The notes under the pieces: model-generated
The model's input: only the letters and a program-made list of their open reading frames with translations
Told to the model about the DNA's origin: nothing
Database searches by the model: none
In this document: one piece after another, positions 42,445-52,729 of the stretch
Position numbering within the stretch: the stretch's first letter is position 1
How the letters are laid out: each line of letters begins with the position of its first letter
From: Candidatus Dormiibacterota bacterium
GTDB lineage: Bacteria; Chloroflexota; Dormibacteria; Aeolococcales; Aeolococcaceae
Direction of reading: 5' to 3'
Length of the DNA stretch: 64,000 nucleotides
Assembly (NCBI GenBank): GCA_963709585.1
Contig: CAVPXI010000008.1
Location: 60,534 to 124,533 of the forward strand
Made by a program: the position numbers and the translations under genes

Positions 42445-43988
42445 CCGGCGCGTTCGGCGTCACCAGCTGGGACATCGTGGTCGTCGGCGCCGGCCACAAC
42501 GGCCTGACCGCCGCCGCCTACCTCGCACGTGCCGGTCGCACCGTGCTCGTGCTCGAGGCGCGCGACCGCATCGGGGGCGCCTGCACGCTCGAGCATCCCT
42601 TCGAGGATCCGGAATTCGTGGTCAGCCCCTGCGCATATCTCGTGGGCCTCCTCCACCGTAGCGTCATCGACGAGCTCGAGCTGCGCCGTCACGGTTACAG
42701 CGTGCATCTCGTCGATCCGCATCTCTGGTGTCCGTTCGACGACGGCACGGCGCTGACCCTCTGGGACGACTCCGAACGCAACCATCACGTGGTGGCAGCG
42801 ATGAGCCCTGGCGACGCCGACGGCTACACGCGCTACGAGCAGCTCTTCGCCCGGATCCGCACCGCGCTCCGCTCCGAACCCCATGACACATGGGTGGGCG
42901 ATGCCCCTGACCGGCCGGCGCTCGAGGAGCTTCTCGGTCACGACCCCGAGCTCATCGAGGTTCTGTTCGACGAGTCGATCGCGTCGGTCATCGAACGCCA
43001 CGTTCGGGACGAGCGGCTGCGCACCGCGCTGCACGGCCAGGGGTTGATCGGCACGTGGGCCGGACCGCGCGACAACGGCACGGCGGCGATCCACGCCATG
43101 CACTCCATGGGCACGATCGAGGGCCGGCAGGGTGCGTGGGGCTACGTTCAGGGCGGCATGGGCAAGGTGTCGTTCGCGCTGGCGAGCGCCGCCGAGGAGG
43201 CGGGCGCCGTGATCGCCCGCAACGCCCGGGTTGCCGAGATCGTGCCGGGCGAGGCGGTCGTCCTCGAGGACGGCTCGCGAATTCACGCGCGAACGATCGT
43301 CTCGAACGCGGACCCGAAGGCCACCCTCGGCTTGCTCTCCGATGCGGCACCGGCCTCGTTCGTCGAGAGGGTGCGCGAGTGGCGCATGGAGGGCCCGGTC
43401 CTCAAGATCAACTGCGCGCTGTCGCGACTCCCGACCTTCACAGCCGCGGGCCCCGGCGACGCGCCGCACCGTGCGATGGTGACCATCGCGCGCAGCCTCA
43501 ACGAGACCCAGGCCGCGTACGAACGCAGCCGCGCGGGCGAGCCCGCGCCCCGCTGGGCCGAGTTGTACTTCCACTCCGCCTACGACCCGTCGGTGGCTCC
43601 GCAGGGCAAGCACGTGATGAGTGTCTTTGCCGAATACGCGCCGTACACCCTGGCCACAGGCTCGTGGGACGAGCGGCGCGAGGCCGTGGCCGATGAAGCG
43701 TTCAATGAGATCGCCCGATTCGCCCCGGACGTCGTCGAGTGCGTGACCGCTCGCCAGGTTCTGGCGCCGCCCGACATCGAGCGCGCCGTCGGGCTCTCCG
43801 GCGGGCACATCTTCCAGGGGGAATGCCTTCCCGACCAGATGTGGGACCGCCGCTTCAACTCGCGCACACCCATGCCTGGCCTCTACATGTGCGGGGCGAG
43901 CACCCACCCGGGTGGCAGCGTCATGGCGATCAACGGCCGCAACTGCGCGATGGCAGTCCTCGCCGACACCGGTGGCGACCGAGGTTAG
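42441..43988 (+). CDS. FAD-dependent oxidoreductase, phytoene dehydrogenase-like family
   Basis: GAGHNGL, GGMG, GHIFQG, CGASTHPGG. Confidence 0.88.
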   Translation: MTGAFGVTSWDIVVVGAGHNGLTAAAYLARAGRTVLVLEARDRIGGACTLEHPFEDPEFVVSPCAYLVGLLHRSVIDELELRRHGYSVHLVDPHLWCPFDDGTALTLWDDSERNHHVVAAMSPGDADGYTRYEQLFARIRTALRSEPHDTWVGDAPDRPALEELLGHDPELIEVLFDESIASVIERHVRDERLRTALHGQGLIGTWAGPRDNGTAAIHAMHSMGTIEGRQGAWGYVQGGMGKVSFALASAAEEAGAVIARNARVAEIVPGEAVVLEDGSRIHARTIVSNADPKATLGLLSDAAPASFVERVREWRMEGPVLKINCALSRLPTFTAAGPGDAPHRAMVTIARSLNETQAAYERSRAGEPAPRWAELYFHSAYDPSVAPQGKHVMSVFAEYAPYTLATGSWDERREAVADEAFNEIARFAPDVVECVTARQVLAPPDIERAVGLSGGHIFQGECLPDQMWDRRFNSRTPMPGLYMCGASTHPGGSVMAINGRNCAMAVLADTGGDRG

Positions 43989-45460
43989 CGACCCAGCCGG
44001 AGCGCGTTGCGGATGAGGCTCATCTCCTCCCGGTCGGCCACGCGGAGCACGAGCAGCATCGCCCCGTAGATGAGCGCTCCGGCGACCACGATCACGAAGA
44101 GCAGCACCCGGTTCTGATGCGGATTGGCCACATAGATGAAGACGCCCATCACCAGCCCGGCGACGACCGCTTTCCACGAGGTCCGAAGCAGCGGGATCGT
44201 ACCCAGCTGGGCGCGCAGCACCAGCCATCCGACGACCACCAGCGCTGCCTCGGTGACCACCACCGCCCAGCTGGCTCCGAGATATCCGTAGCGGGGAATG
44301 ACGACAAGGTTGACGCCAACGTTGATGACCAGTCCCACCATGGCGACCAAGGCGAAGACGTTCTGCTTGTCGATGGCGTTGAGGGTGGCCGCGAAGGTGT
44401 TGTCGGCGAACATGAACACGATCGCGAGCGCGAGGATCTGCAACGCCGGCTCGGACCCCGCGTACAGATGGAGCAGGCTGTTGAACTGCGGAGCGAGCAG
44501 GAAGACACCCACGCTGATCGGCCAGCCGAGGATCACCAGGGCCTTGAAGAATTTCTCCGCCAGTGGCAGGACGCGCTCAGGCGATCGTCGGTGATACACG
44601 GAGAGCACCGGAAAGATCACGCTGCGCAATGCGAACGGGATGAAGAGCAGCGACTCGAATGGCTTGTACGCAAAGGTGTAGTAGCCGACCTCCTGGTAGG
44701 GCCGGAAGCGCTGCAGGATGGGGACGTCGACCTTGAAGTAGACGGTCGTGATGATGAACGTGATCCCGAGCGGTACGGCGACCCGCACCCACGACAGCAG
44801 GAGTCCCGGCTCGAACTGCAGCCCCGGCCGGAGCACCCCCATGACCGCGAGCACGGTCGCGAAGTACACGCACGCGAACGCGTAGCTGATGGCATACGCC
44901 CAGAGGAAGAATCCGGTATCCGCATTGAGGTGGACTCCGACAACGACGAGCGCGAAGACGACCAGCGTCTCGGGGATGATCTCGATGATCTCGAAGGTGA
45001 GCCGCTGCAGCGCGTAGAGCGTGTTGCGCAGCAGCAGCTGATACCCGGACAGGACGAGGATCGCGAACGCCGGCCAGAGCAACGAGCGAACGCCGGCGAC
45101 GTACAGCGCGGCGAAGATGAGCGGCAGCCCGACGGCGGCCCCCAGCACCTTGAGCGAGGCCACGTTGTTCCAGTAGCGAGAGAGTTGATCGGTGTGGCGA
45201 GCGCCCTCGCGCACATAGAGCGCTGAAAACCCCAGGTCGGTGACCGTGCCCACCAATCCCACGTAGGTCACCGCCGTCTGCATCTGCCCGAACCGGGTGG
45301 GGTCGAGGTAGTTGCCGATGATGATCACGGCAATCAGGGCGATGATCCGCGAGATCACGCGCACCACGAGGATGAGCATCGTGTTGCGCAGTGCCCGCAT
45401 TCCGAGCCCGCCCGGCATATCCGGCGTCATCGCACCGGGCGCCGGGGCTTCGTCCTGCAA
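43985..45460 (-). CDS. polysaccharide flippase (Wzx/MOP family)
   Basis: ~14 TM helices, DLGFS, VGYY, YGYLGASWA. Confidence 0.85.
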   Translation of the reverse strand: MQDEAPAPGAMTPDMPGGLGMRALRNTMLILVVRVISRIIALIAVIIIGNYLDPTRFGQMQTAVTYVGLVGTVTDLGFSALYVREGARHTDQLSRYWNNVASLKVLGAAVGLPLIFAALYVAGVRSLLWPAFAILVLSGYQLLLRNTLYALQRLTFEIIEIIPETLVVFALVVVGVHLNADTGFFLWAYAISYAFACVYFATVLAVMGVLRPGLQFEPGLLLSWVRVAVPLGITFIITTVYFKVDVPILQRFRPYQEVGYYTFAYKPFESLLFIPFALRSVIFPVLSVYHRRSPERVLPLAEKFFKALVILGWPISVGVFLLAPQFNSLLHLYAGSEPALQILALAIVFMFADNTFAATLNAIDKQNVFALVAMVGLVINVGVNLVVIPRYGYLGASWAVVVTEAALVVVGWLVLRAQLGTIPLLRTSWKAVVAGLVMGVFIYVANPHQNRVLLFVIVVAGALIYGAMLLVLRVADREEMSLIRNALRLGR

Positions 45461-45528
45461 GACGCCTCATTCTATCCGCGCCTTCGCGCAGTGCCCGCCG
45501 CCAATCCCGGTCGATACACTGCGAAGCC

Positions 45529-47250
45529 ATGCCTGACGTCGCGGCCGAGCGACCTCGCACCGACGCCGAACAACGCACCGACGGCGGTGCGCTGATGGCG
45601 CGAACCCTTCGCGAGCGTGGCGTGACCACGGTGTTCGCCGTTCCAGGCGGCCACATCCTGCCGTTTCTCGATGCGTGCATCGACGAGGACGTCCGCATCA
45701 TCGACACCCGGCACGAGGGAGCGGCCGTGCTCGCCGCCGAGGGCTGGGCGCTGGCAACCGGGGACACCGGCGTGGCCGCGGTCACGGCGGGACCGGGCTT
45801 CGCGAACGGCCTGATCGGCCTCCTCGACGCCGCAGCCTGGAGCGTGCCGCTGGTGATGCTGGCGGGCCGCACGAGCCGGACCCGCCAGGGGCGCGGGGCG
45901 GTCGCGGACGTCGACCAGCGCGCGATCGCAGCTCCGATCGCGAAATGGGCCGCGAGCTGCTCAGAGCCGGGACGGGTACCGCGGTATGTCGCCGAGGCGA
46001 TGCACCGCGCCCGCAACGGGTGCCCCGGCGCCGTCTACCTCGAGGTGGACTCCCACGCCGTGTACGGCAAGGCGGCCCCCCTCGAAGTCACGCCGACCGG
46101 GTTCTCGACGGCGCCGGCCCGATCCGCCGGCGCTCCGTCCGACATCGGTGCCGCTGTCGCCGCCCTCGCGGCGGCCGAGCGCCCCCTGATCGTGGCCGGG
46201 AGCGGCGCCTTCTGGTCAGGAGCGGGCGCCGGCATCGGACGCTTCGCCGAGATCGCCCAGATTCCGGTGATCACCGCGAGCGCGGCTCGTGGAGTCGTGG
46301 CGGATTCGCATGCCTGGAGCCTCGGGTCGCTGGTACACGGCGGTCTGGCCATTCCGAGTGCCGATTGCGTGCTCGTCCTCGGCTCGGCGTTCAACGCAAA
46401 CGTGATGTACGGGGGCGCCCCGCTGTTCGGCACCGAGCAGATCATCATCCAGGTCGATATCGCGCCCGAGCGCATCGGCGGCAACCGCGCGGCGGATGTG
46501 ACCGTTATCGGAGACATCGCTTCGGTGATGCGCGACATGGGCGACGCCTGGACCGCGACTCCGACGGGGCGGGACGAGTGGCTGATCCGCGCGCGCTCGC
46601 TGGCCGTGGCGTCGCTGGACTTCTGGAACCGCCAGGTCGACGAGCACACCGGGGAACTCGTGCACGCCGGTGCCGCGGCGCGGACGATCGCCGCGCTGGT
46701 TCAGGAACGGTTCGCCGGCAAGGCGACCTTCGTTGCCGACGGGGGCGACGCCCTCGCCTGGGCGCTGGCGTATTTCGGAGCGGAGCTGCCCGGCCGGTTG
46801 CTCACCACCACGACCGCGCTGGGGACCCTCGGCGTCGGCATGCCGTTCGCCATCGCCGCGCAGGCGGCGCGACCTGATGAACGCGTCTTCCTCTTCACCG
46901 GGGACGGGTCTTTCGGGCTCAGCGCCATGGAGGTGGCCACCGCCGTGCGCCACAAGCTCGCCGTGATCGTGATCGTCTCCAACAACGCCGGGTGGGGGGA
47001 CGTCCGCTACGAGCAGGATGAGCTCTTCGGGCCGGGGCGCCATGTGGCGAGCACCCTCCCCGGCGTTCGCTTCGACCGCCTCGCCGAAGCCCTGGGCGGC
47101 CACGGCGAGCACGTCGAACGCCTCGACGATCTGCGGCCGTCGCTCGAGCGATCGATCGACAGCGGGGTCTGCAGCGTCATCGACGTCCAGACCGACCCGT
47201 CGGTCATCTCCGAGTTGCTCCGCATGGTTGCGCAACTCGGGCTGATGTAG
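45529..47250 (+). CDS. thiamine-pyrophosphate enzyme (acetolactate synthase / 2-hydroxyacyl-CoA lyase-like)
   Basis: TRHE, TAGPG, GDGSFG..NN. Confidence 0.88.
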   Translation: MPDVAAERPRTDAEQRTDGGALMARTLRERGVTTVFAVPGGHILPFLDACIDEDVRIIDTRHEGAAVLAAEGWALATGDTGVAAVTAGPGFANGLIGLLDAAAWSVPLVMLAGRTSRTRQGRGAVADVDQRAIAAPIAKWAASCSEPGRVPRYVAEAMHRARNGCPGAVYLEVDSHAVYGKAAPLEVTPTGFSTAPARSAGAPSDIGAAVAALAAAERPLIVAGSGAFWSGAGAGIGRFAEIAQIPVITASAARGVVADSHAWSLGSLVHGGLAIPSADCVLVLGSAFNANVMYGGAPLFGTEQIIIQVDIAPERIGGNRAADVTVIGDIASVMRDMGDAWTATPTGRDEWLIRARSLAVASLDFWNRQVDEHTGELVHAGAAARTIAALVQERFAGKATFVADGGDALAWALAYFGAELPGRLLTTTTALGTLGVGMPFAIAAQAARPDERVFLFTGDGSFGLSAMEVATAVRHKLAVIVIVSNNAGWGDVRYEQDELFGPGRHVASTLPGVRFDRLAEALGGHGEHVERLDDLRPSLERSIDSGVCSVIDVQTDPSVISELLRMVAQLGLM

Positions 47251-47252
47251 GC

Positions 47253-48249
47253 ATGCGAGCGGTCAAGCTCCTCGAGGCACACCGCCTCGAGCTCGTCGAC
47301 ATTCCCGCCCCCGAGGCAGCGCCCGGGGAGGTGGTGATCCGGGTCGAGGGTTGCGGCATCTGCGGCTCCGACCTCACTTCATACAAGGTCGGGCTGTTCA
47401 CCGACACGGTTCCAGGCCACGAGATCGCCGGCGTCATCGATTCCGTGGGCGACGGGGTCGTTGGGTGGGCTCCGGGCGAACCCGCGGTCATCGACCCCAA
47501 GATCCCGTGTGGCGTCTGCGACGATTGCCGCAACGGAGCGTCGTATCGCTGCGCCATGGCGCTCACCGCCGGCATCGGGTTTGCCCGCGACGGTGGATTC
47601 GCGGAACTGGTCGCGACCCCGGCGACGCTGTTGCATCGGCTTCCGGACGGAATGGCGCTGGAGCACGCGTGCCTGGTCGAACCGCTGTCGGTGGCGATTC
47701 ACGGCGTCGACCGGGCTCGCCTGCACCCCGGTGACGCTGTGGTGGTCATCGGCCTCGGCCCGATCGGGCTGTTGACGGTGGCGACCTTGCATGCCCGTGG
47801 CATCGGGCCGATCATCGGTGTCGAGCCGGTGGAGGATCGACGCAGGCTCGCGCTCGACCTCGGCGCAGCAACCGTCGTCTCCGAGCTTCGCGAGGTGCGC
47901 GGTCACACCGGTCCGGCCCCGGCCGTGATCGAGTGCTCGGGATACGCGCCGCTCCTCCACGCCGCGGCGGACCTGGTGGCGCCGGGCGGCCGGCTCGTGC
48001 TCGTCGGCGTTCCCTTCGGCGAGACCAGCGTCATACCGCTGATGTGGGTGACCCGCGAGATCGAGATCATCGGGAGCATCGCCTCGAATGGAGCCGACTT
48101 CGCGGTTTCGCTCGCGATGCTTGCGGCCGACCCCGGGACCGCCAGGGTCGCCACCCGCCGCGTAGCGCTCGCTCAGGTCCCCGCAGGTGTTCGAGGAGTT
48201 GATCACGCCTTCTTCGGGCGGGAAGGTGGTCGTCGACCCCGGGCTGTAA
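47253..48249 (+). CDS. zinc-binding alcohol dehydrogenase family (frameshift near 48185)
   Basis: GICGSD, GHE, CGVCDDC, GLGPIG; C-terminal GKVVVDP in shifted frame. Confidence 0.85.
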
Positions 48250-48895
48250 GCGGGGGCTTGGTCGCGGCCACGGCCGCGGGAATGATGGGCACCGCCGCGA
48301 CGGCGCGCCAGCAGTACCACGCCGCCGTGCTGCGGTACGGCCGGAGGATCTCGCCCAGGAGCATCAGCGCTTTCGGGGTGGGCGGCGCCGCCATCTCGTG
48401 GATGCGCGCCCAGCCGTTGCGGATGCCGAGGTCATCCACCGGCCACACGTCGGGACGGCGGAGCTGGAACAGCAGGAACATCTCGGCGGTCCACGGCCCC
48501 ACGCCGCGCACGGTCACCAGACGCGCGACGATCTCGGCGTCGTCCAGCTCGTCCAGATCGTCCGTCGGCACCGTCCCGTCGACGAACTTGGCGGCGAGAT
48601 CGATGATGGCGGCGAGCTTGTTCGCGGAGAGCCCCGCCGCGCGCATGGTTTGGGGTTTGGCGGCGAGGACCGCTTCCGGCACGACCGGCTCGCCGCCCAG
48701 AGCCGTGACAAGCCGCCCGTGGATGGCCCGCGCCGCGGCGCCGGCGAGCTGCTGAAACACGATTGCGCTGAGCAGGGATTCGAACGCCGAGCCCGTCGGC
48801 GGACGCACGTCCATGGTCACGCTGGTCTCGACCACACGCCGGAAAGCCGGGTCGACCTTGACGATGTGCGCGGCGGCTGCGCTCAGCCTGGTCAT
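48203..48895 (-). CDS. DNA-3-methyladenine glycosylase II (AlkA-like)
   Basis: IVFQQ, GVGPWTAEM, DLG, PYRS.A.WY.W. Confidence 0.9.
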   Translation of the reverse strand: MTRLSAAAAHIVKVDPAFRRVVETSVTMDVRPPTGSAFESLLSAIVFQQLAGAAARAIHGRLVTALGGEPVVPEAVLAAKPQTMRAAGLSANKLAAIIDLAAKFVDGTVPTDDLDELDDAEIVARLVTVRGVGPWTAEMFLLFQLRRPDVWPVDDLGIRNGWARIHEMAAPPTPKALMLLGEILRPYRSTAAWYCWRAVAAVPIIPAAVAATKPPLTARGRRPPSRPKKA

Positions 48896-49410
48896 GCCGG
48901 TGGTGCCTCCACAATGCCGGCCAATCCCTCGATGACGCGTGCTCCGGGAAGTCGCAGCAATCCCGCGGGTGCGAGCCTGATCTTCATCGACCGGCTGCCG
49001 CCCCCGATCACGACGGTGTCCTCGGTCATCACGTGGGCATCGATGTAGAGCGGCAGCTCCTCAGGCAGGCCGAATGGGGTCACGCCACCGATCATCATGC
49101 CGGTGAGGTCGCGGGTCTGATCGGCCGAGGCGAACGACGCCTTGCGCACCCCGAGCAGGTCGGACACGGCGTGGTTGACGTCGAGCCGGCAGGTCGCAAG
49201 CACGATGCACGCGCACGCAACACCCGCCTCCTTGCGAGCGGCAACCACGATGGTGTTCGCGGACTGCCTCGGAGGCACACCGTACCTGGCGCAGAACGCC
49301 GCCGTGTCGGCGAAATCGGGGTCGCACGCGAGTGTCTCGTGTTCGACGCCGAGCGCGGCGAGCCGGTCGCGCACCCTTGCCTCGATGGCGGGCGCCTCGT
49401 CAGTAAGCAT
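48892..49410 (-). CDS. YbaK/EbsC family deacylase
   Basis: TGMMIGGVTPFG, GGGSRS. Confidence 0.88.
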   Translation of the reverse strand: MLTDEAPAIEARVRDRLAALGVEHETLACDPDFADTAAFCARYGVPPRQSANTIVVAARKEAGVACACIVLATCRLDVNHAVSDLLGVRKASFASADQTRDLTGMMIGGVTPFGLPEELPLYIDAHVMTEDTVVIGGGSRSMKIRLAPAGLLRLPGARVIEGLAGIVEAPPA

Positions 49411-49448
49411 CGCGCCCGCATGGCGGACCCGTAAAGTCCTCCCCCAGC

Positions 49449-50591
49449 ATGCGCATCACGGCTCCCACCGAGACGGCGCCCGGCGAGACCCGGGTCGCCC
49501 TGGTTCCACGATCAGCCACACAGTTGGTGTCCACCGGTGCAACGGTAGCGATTCAGGCGGGGGCGGGGATGGCCGCGGGCATCACCGACGCGGCCTACCG
49601 GGAGGTGAGCGCGGAGGTGGTCCCGGACCGGGCGACGCTCCTGGCAGACGCCGACATCGTGGTGGTCGTGCGCCGCCCCGACGCGGCGTTTGTCGGCCGG
49701 CTGAAACGGGGATCGATCCTCGTCGGCGTGCTCGAGCCCGCCGGTGATCCTCCGCTGGTTCGCGCCCTCGTCGACGGTGGCATCACCGCGTTTCGCCTGG
49801 AGGCGATGCCCCGGATCAGCCGTGCCCAGGACATGGACGTGCTCTCCTCGATGGCGACCCTTGCCGGGTATCACGCGGCAGTGATGGCAGCGTTCCGGCT
49901 GCCGCGAATCTTCCCGTTGATGATGACCGCGGCTGGGACGATCACCCCGGCGCGCGCGCTCATCCTCGGCGCGGGGGTCGCCGGCCTGCAGGCGATCGCG
50001 ACCTGCCGGCGTCTCGGCGCGGTGGTCGAGGCCTTTGACGTGCGGCCCGCGGTGCGGGATCAGGTCGAATCCCTCGGCGCTCGCTTTGTCGAAACCGGCG
50101 TCGAATCGGAGATTCAGCAGGACACCGGTGGATACGCGCGCGAGCTCGAGGCCGACGCCCAGGTCCGCCAGCAGCAGGTGCTCGCCGAGCACGTCAAGGA
50201 CTCCGACGTGGTGATCACGACCGCGCAGATCCCCAATCGAAAGGCGCCCGTGCTCGTGACCGCGGACATGGTTGCGTCGATGCGAACCGGTTCGGTGATC
50301 GTCGACCTCGCCGCGCCGGGAGGTGGCAACTGCGAGCTCACGCGCCCGGACGAAGAGGTCAACGCCAACGGTGTGCTCATCCTCGGGCCGACCAACCTTC
50401 CGGCCTCCATCCCCGGGCAGGCAAGCCAGCTGTACTCCCACAATGCCACCCGTTTTCTGCTGCAGCTGCTCAAGGATGGGCAGGTGCATCTCGATTTCGA
50501 GGACGTCGTGATCAGCCAGACCTGCATCACCCACGAGGGCAAGGCCATGGGTGAGCAGATCGAGGCACTCCTGCAGGGAGCGACTGCGTGA
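49449..50591 (+). CDS. pntAA: NAD(P) transhydrogenase alpha subunit part 1
   Basis: ETRVALVP, RISRAQ.MD.LSS, GAGVAGLQA, GGNCE. Confidence 0.93.
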   Translation: MRITAPTETAPGETRVALVPRSATQLVSTGATVAIQAGAGMAAGITDAAYREVSAEVVPDRATLLADADIVVVVRRPDAAFVGRLKRGSILVGVLEPAGDPPLVRALVDGGITAFRLEAMPRISRAQDMDVLSSMATLAGYHAAVMAAFRLPRIFPLMMTAAGTITPARALILGAGVAGLQAIATCRRLGAVVEAFDVRPAVRDQVESLGARFVETGVESEIQQDTGGYARELEADAQVRQQQVLAEHVKDSDVVITTAQIPNRKAPVLVTADMVASMRTGSVIVDLAAPGGGNCELTRPDEEVNANGVLILGPTNLPASIPGQASQLYSHNATRFLLQLLKDGQVHLDFEDVVISQTCITHEGKAMGEQIEALLQGATA

Positions 50592-50926
50592 GCCCTGCGC
50601 AGACGCTCGCACTCGGTGCCTTCATCTTCGCGCTCGCGGTGTTCGTGGGATTCCTGCTCATCTCGAAGGTCCCGACGATGCTGCACACGCCGCTGATGTC
50701 GGGGACGAACTTCATCCACGGCATCGTCCTGGTCGGGGCGATCACCGTCGCTGCCGGCGCCAACGACACGCTCGGGTACATCATCGCCATCGCCGCAGTG
50801 CTGCTCGGCACGCTCAACGTCGTCGGCGGCTGGGTCGTCACCGACCGCATGCTGCAGATGTTCCGGCGCCGACCCGCGGCCGATGCGCGCAAGGCGGAAT
50901 CGCCGCCGCCGACATCGGACCGCTGA
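50588..50926 (+). CDS. pntAB: NAD(P) transhydrogenase alpha subunit part 2
   Basis: LHTPLMSGTN, NVVGG.VTDRML.MF. Confidence 0.93.
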   Translation: MSPAQTLALGAFIFALAVFVGFLLISKVPTMLHTPLMSGTNFIHGIVLVGAITVAAGANDTLGYIIAIAAVLLGTLNVVGGWVVTDRMLQMFRRRPAADARKAESPPPTSDR

Positions 50927-50931
50927 CCACG

Positions 50932-52326
50932 ATGCAGCCGTCCGCGCTAACCACCCTCGGCTACATGCTGACCGCGATCAGCTTCATGTTCGGCATCCAG
51001 CTGCTGCGCTCGCCGGCCACCGCGCGCCAGGGGAATCGCGTGGCGGCGGTGGGCATGTTGCTCGTGCTCGGCATCACCGCCGCGCTCGTGCACAACACCG
51101 GCAACTGGCCGCTGATCATCCCGCCGATCGTCATCGGCGCTGTCATCGGCACGGTATCGGCTCGGCTCGTGCAAATGACCGCGATGCCGCAGATGGTCGC
51201 GCTCTTCAACGGCATGGGCGGCGGCTCCGCAGCGCTCATCGCCGCGCAGGATTTCCGAACCTCGGTCGCCGCCGGGACCGCCCATCCGGACATCACGTGG
51301 GCGATCATGGTGAGCTGCGTGATCGGGTCACTCAGCTTCGCGGGTAGCCTGGTGGCGTTCGCGAAGCTGCAGGAGTTGATGCCCGGCCGGCCACTCACGT
51401 ACCAACTGCAGAGCGCGGTCAACGGTCTGCTCCTGCTGGTGATCCTGGCACTCGGGGTCTACCTGATCGTCGCTGATCAGAACCTGGCGCTCTTCGCGGT
51501 GTACATCGTGCTGTCGCTGGTCCTGGGCGTGCTTTTCGTCGTGCCGATCGGCGGCGCCGACATGCCGGTGATCATCTCGCTGCTCAACTCCTTCACCGGG
51601 CTTGCGGCGGCGAGTACCGGATTCGTGCTGAGCAACGACGTGCTCATCGTCAGCGGCGCGCTGGTCGGTGCGTCGGGAACCATCCTGACCCTGGCGATGA
51701 GCAAGGCGATGAATCGATCGCTCTTCAACGTCCTCTTCAGTGGCTTCGGTTCGAAGGTCGAGGCGGCCGGCAGCGCGGCGGGCGCCGAGGGTGGCACCAT
51801 TCATCCCACCACAGTCGAGGACCTTGCACCGTTGCTGGCGTTCGCACAACTCGTGGTGTTCGTCCCGGGATACGGCATGGCGGTCGCGCGTGCGCAGCAC
51901 GAGGTCAAGGAGCTCGCCGACGAACTCGAGAAGCGTGGCGTCACCGTCGAATACGCGATCCACCCGGTGGCGGGACGGATGCCCGGCCACATGAACGTGC
52001 TGCTCGCCGAGGCCAACGTGCCGTATCCGCAACTCAAGGAGATGGATGCGGTGAACGGCGACTTCCCGCGCACCGACGTGGCGGTGGTCATCGGCGCCAA
52101 CGATGTCGTGAACCCCGCGGCGCGCACCCAGACCAACAGCCCGATCTACGGCATGCCGATCCTCGATGTCGACCAGGCGAAGACCGTCGTGGTTCTCAAG
52201 CGCAGCATGGCGACGGGCTTTGCCGGGGTCGACAACCCGCTCTTCTACAAACCGAACACGCTGATGCTCTTCGGCGACGCGCGCACCTCAGTGGCCGCGC
52301 TGGTCGCCGAGGTCAAGAAGCAGTAG
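50932..52326 (+). CDS. pntB: NAD(P) transhydrogenase beta subunit
   Basis: MPQMVALFNG, GGADMPV, HPVAGRMPGHMNVLLAE. Confidence 0.95.
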   Translation: MQPSALTTLGYMLTAISFMFGIQLLRSPATARQGNRVAAVGMLLVLGITAALVHNTGNWPLIIPPIVIGAVIGTVSARLVQMTAMPQMVALFNGMGGGSAALIAAQDFRTSVAAGTAHPDITWAIMVSCVIGSLSFAGSLVAFAKLQELMPGRPLTYQLQSAVNGLLLLVILALGVYLIVADQNLALFAVYIVLSLVLGVLFVVPIGGADMPVIISLLNSFTGLAAASTGFVLSNDVLIVSGALVGASGTILTLAMSKAMNRSLFNVLFSGFGSKVEAAGSAAGAEGGTIHPTTVEDLAPLLAFAQLVVFVPGYGMAVARAQHEVKELADELEKRGVTVEYAIHPVAGRMPGHMNVLLAEANVPYPQLKEMDAVNGDFPRTDVAVVIGANDVVNPAARTQTNSPIYGMPILDVDQAKTVVVLKRSMATGFAGVDNPLFYKPNTLMLFGDARTSVAALVAEVKKQ

Positions 52327-52717
52327 TGTCCGGGGCCTTGCCGGTGCTTGCGACACTGCGTAAGGCGATCAGCAGGTCCGCGGGAGCGGTGTCCTTCACC
52401 ACGTAGCCGACTGCTCCACTCTTCAGCGCCTCGACCATGCGCTCGTGGCCGCCAAACGACGTCAGCATCATCACCCGCGTGCTCGGTTCGGTCTCGACGA
52501 GCCGTCGCGTGGCCTCGATCCCGCCCATGCCGGGCATCGAGAGGTCCATGAGCACGATGTCCGGATGCAATTCCGCAGCCATCTCGAGCGCCTGCTCGCC
52601 CGAGTCCGCCATCCCGACAACTTCGATGTCGGGCTCGTGTCCGAGGAAGGAGGCAAGCCCCTTGCGGACGACCGGATGGTCGTCGACGATCATGACGCGG
52701 GTCGCTGCAGGGGGCAT
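52313..52717 (-). CDS. stand-alone response regulator receiver (NarL-type REC, no HTH)
   Basis: VDDH, MDLSMP, LTS, GYVVK; 134 aa. Confidence 0.88.
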   Translation of the reverse strand: MPPAATRVMIVDDHPVVRKGLASFLGHEPDIEVVGMADSGEQALEMAAELHPDIVLMDLSMPGMGGIEATRRLVETEPSTRVMMLTSFGGHERMVEALKSGAVGYVVKDTAPADLLIALRSVASTGKAPDTTAS

Positions 52718-52729
52718 CCGTCACCCACT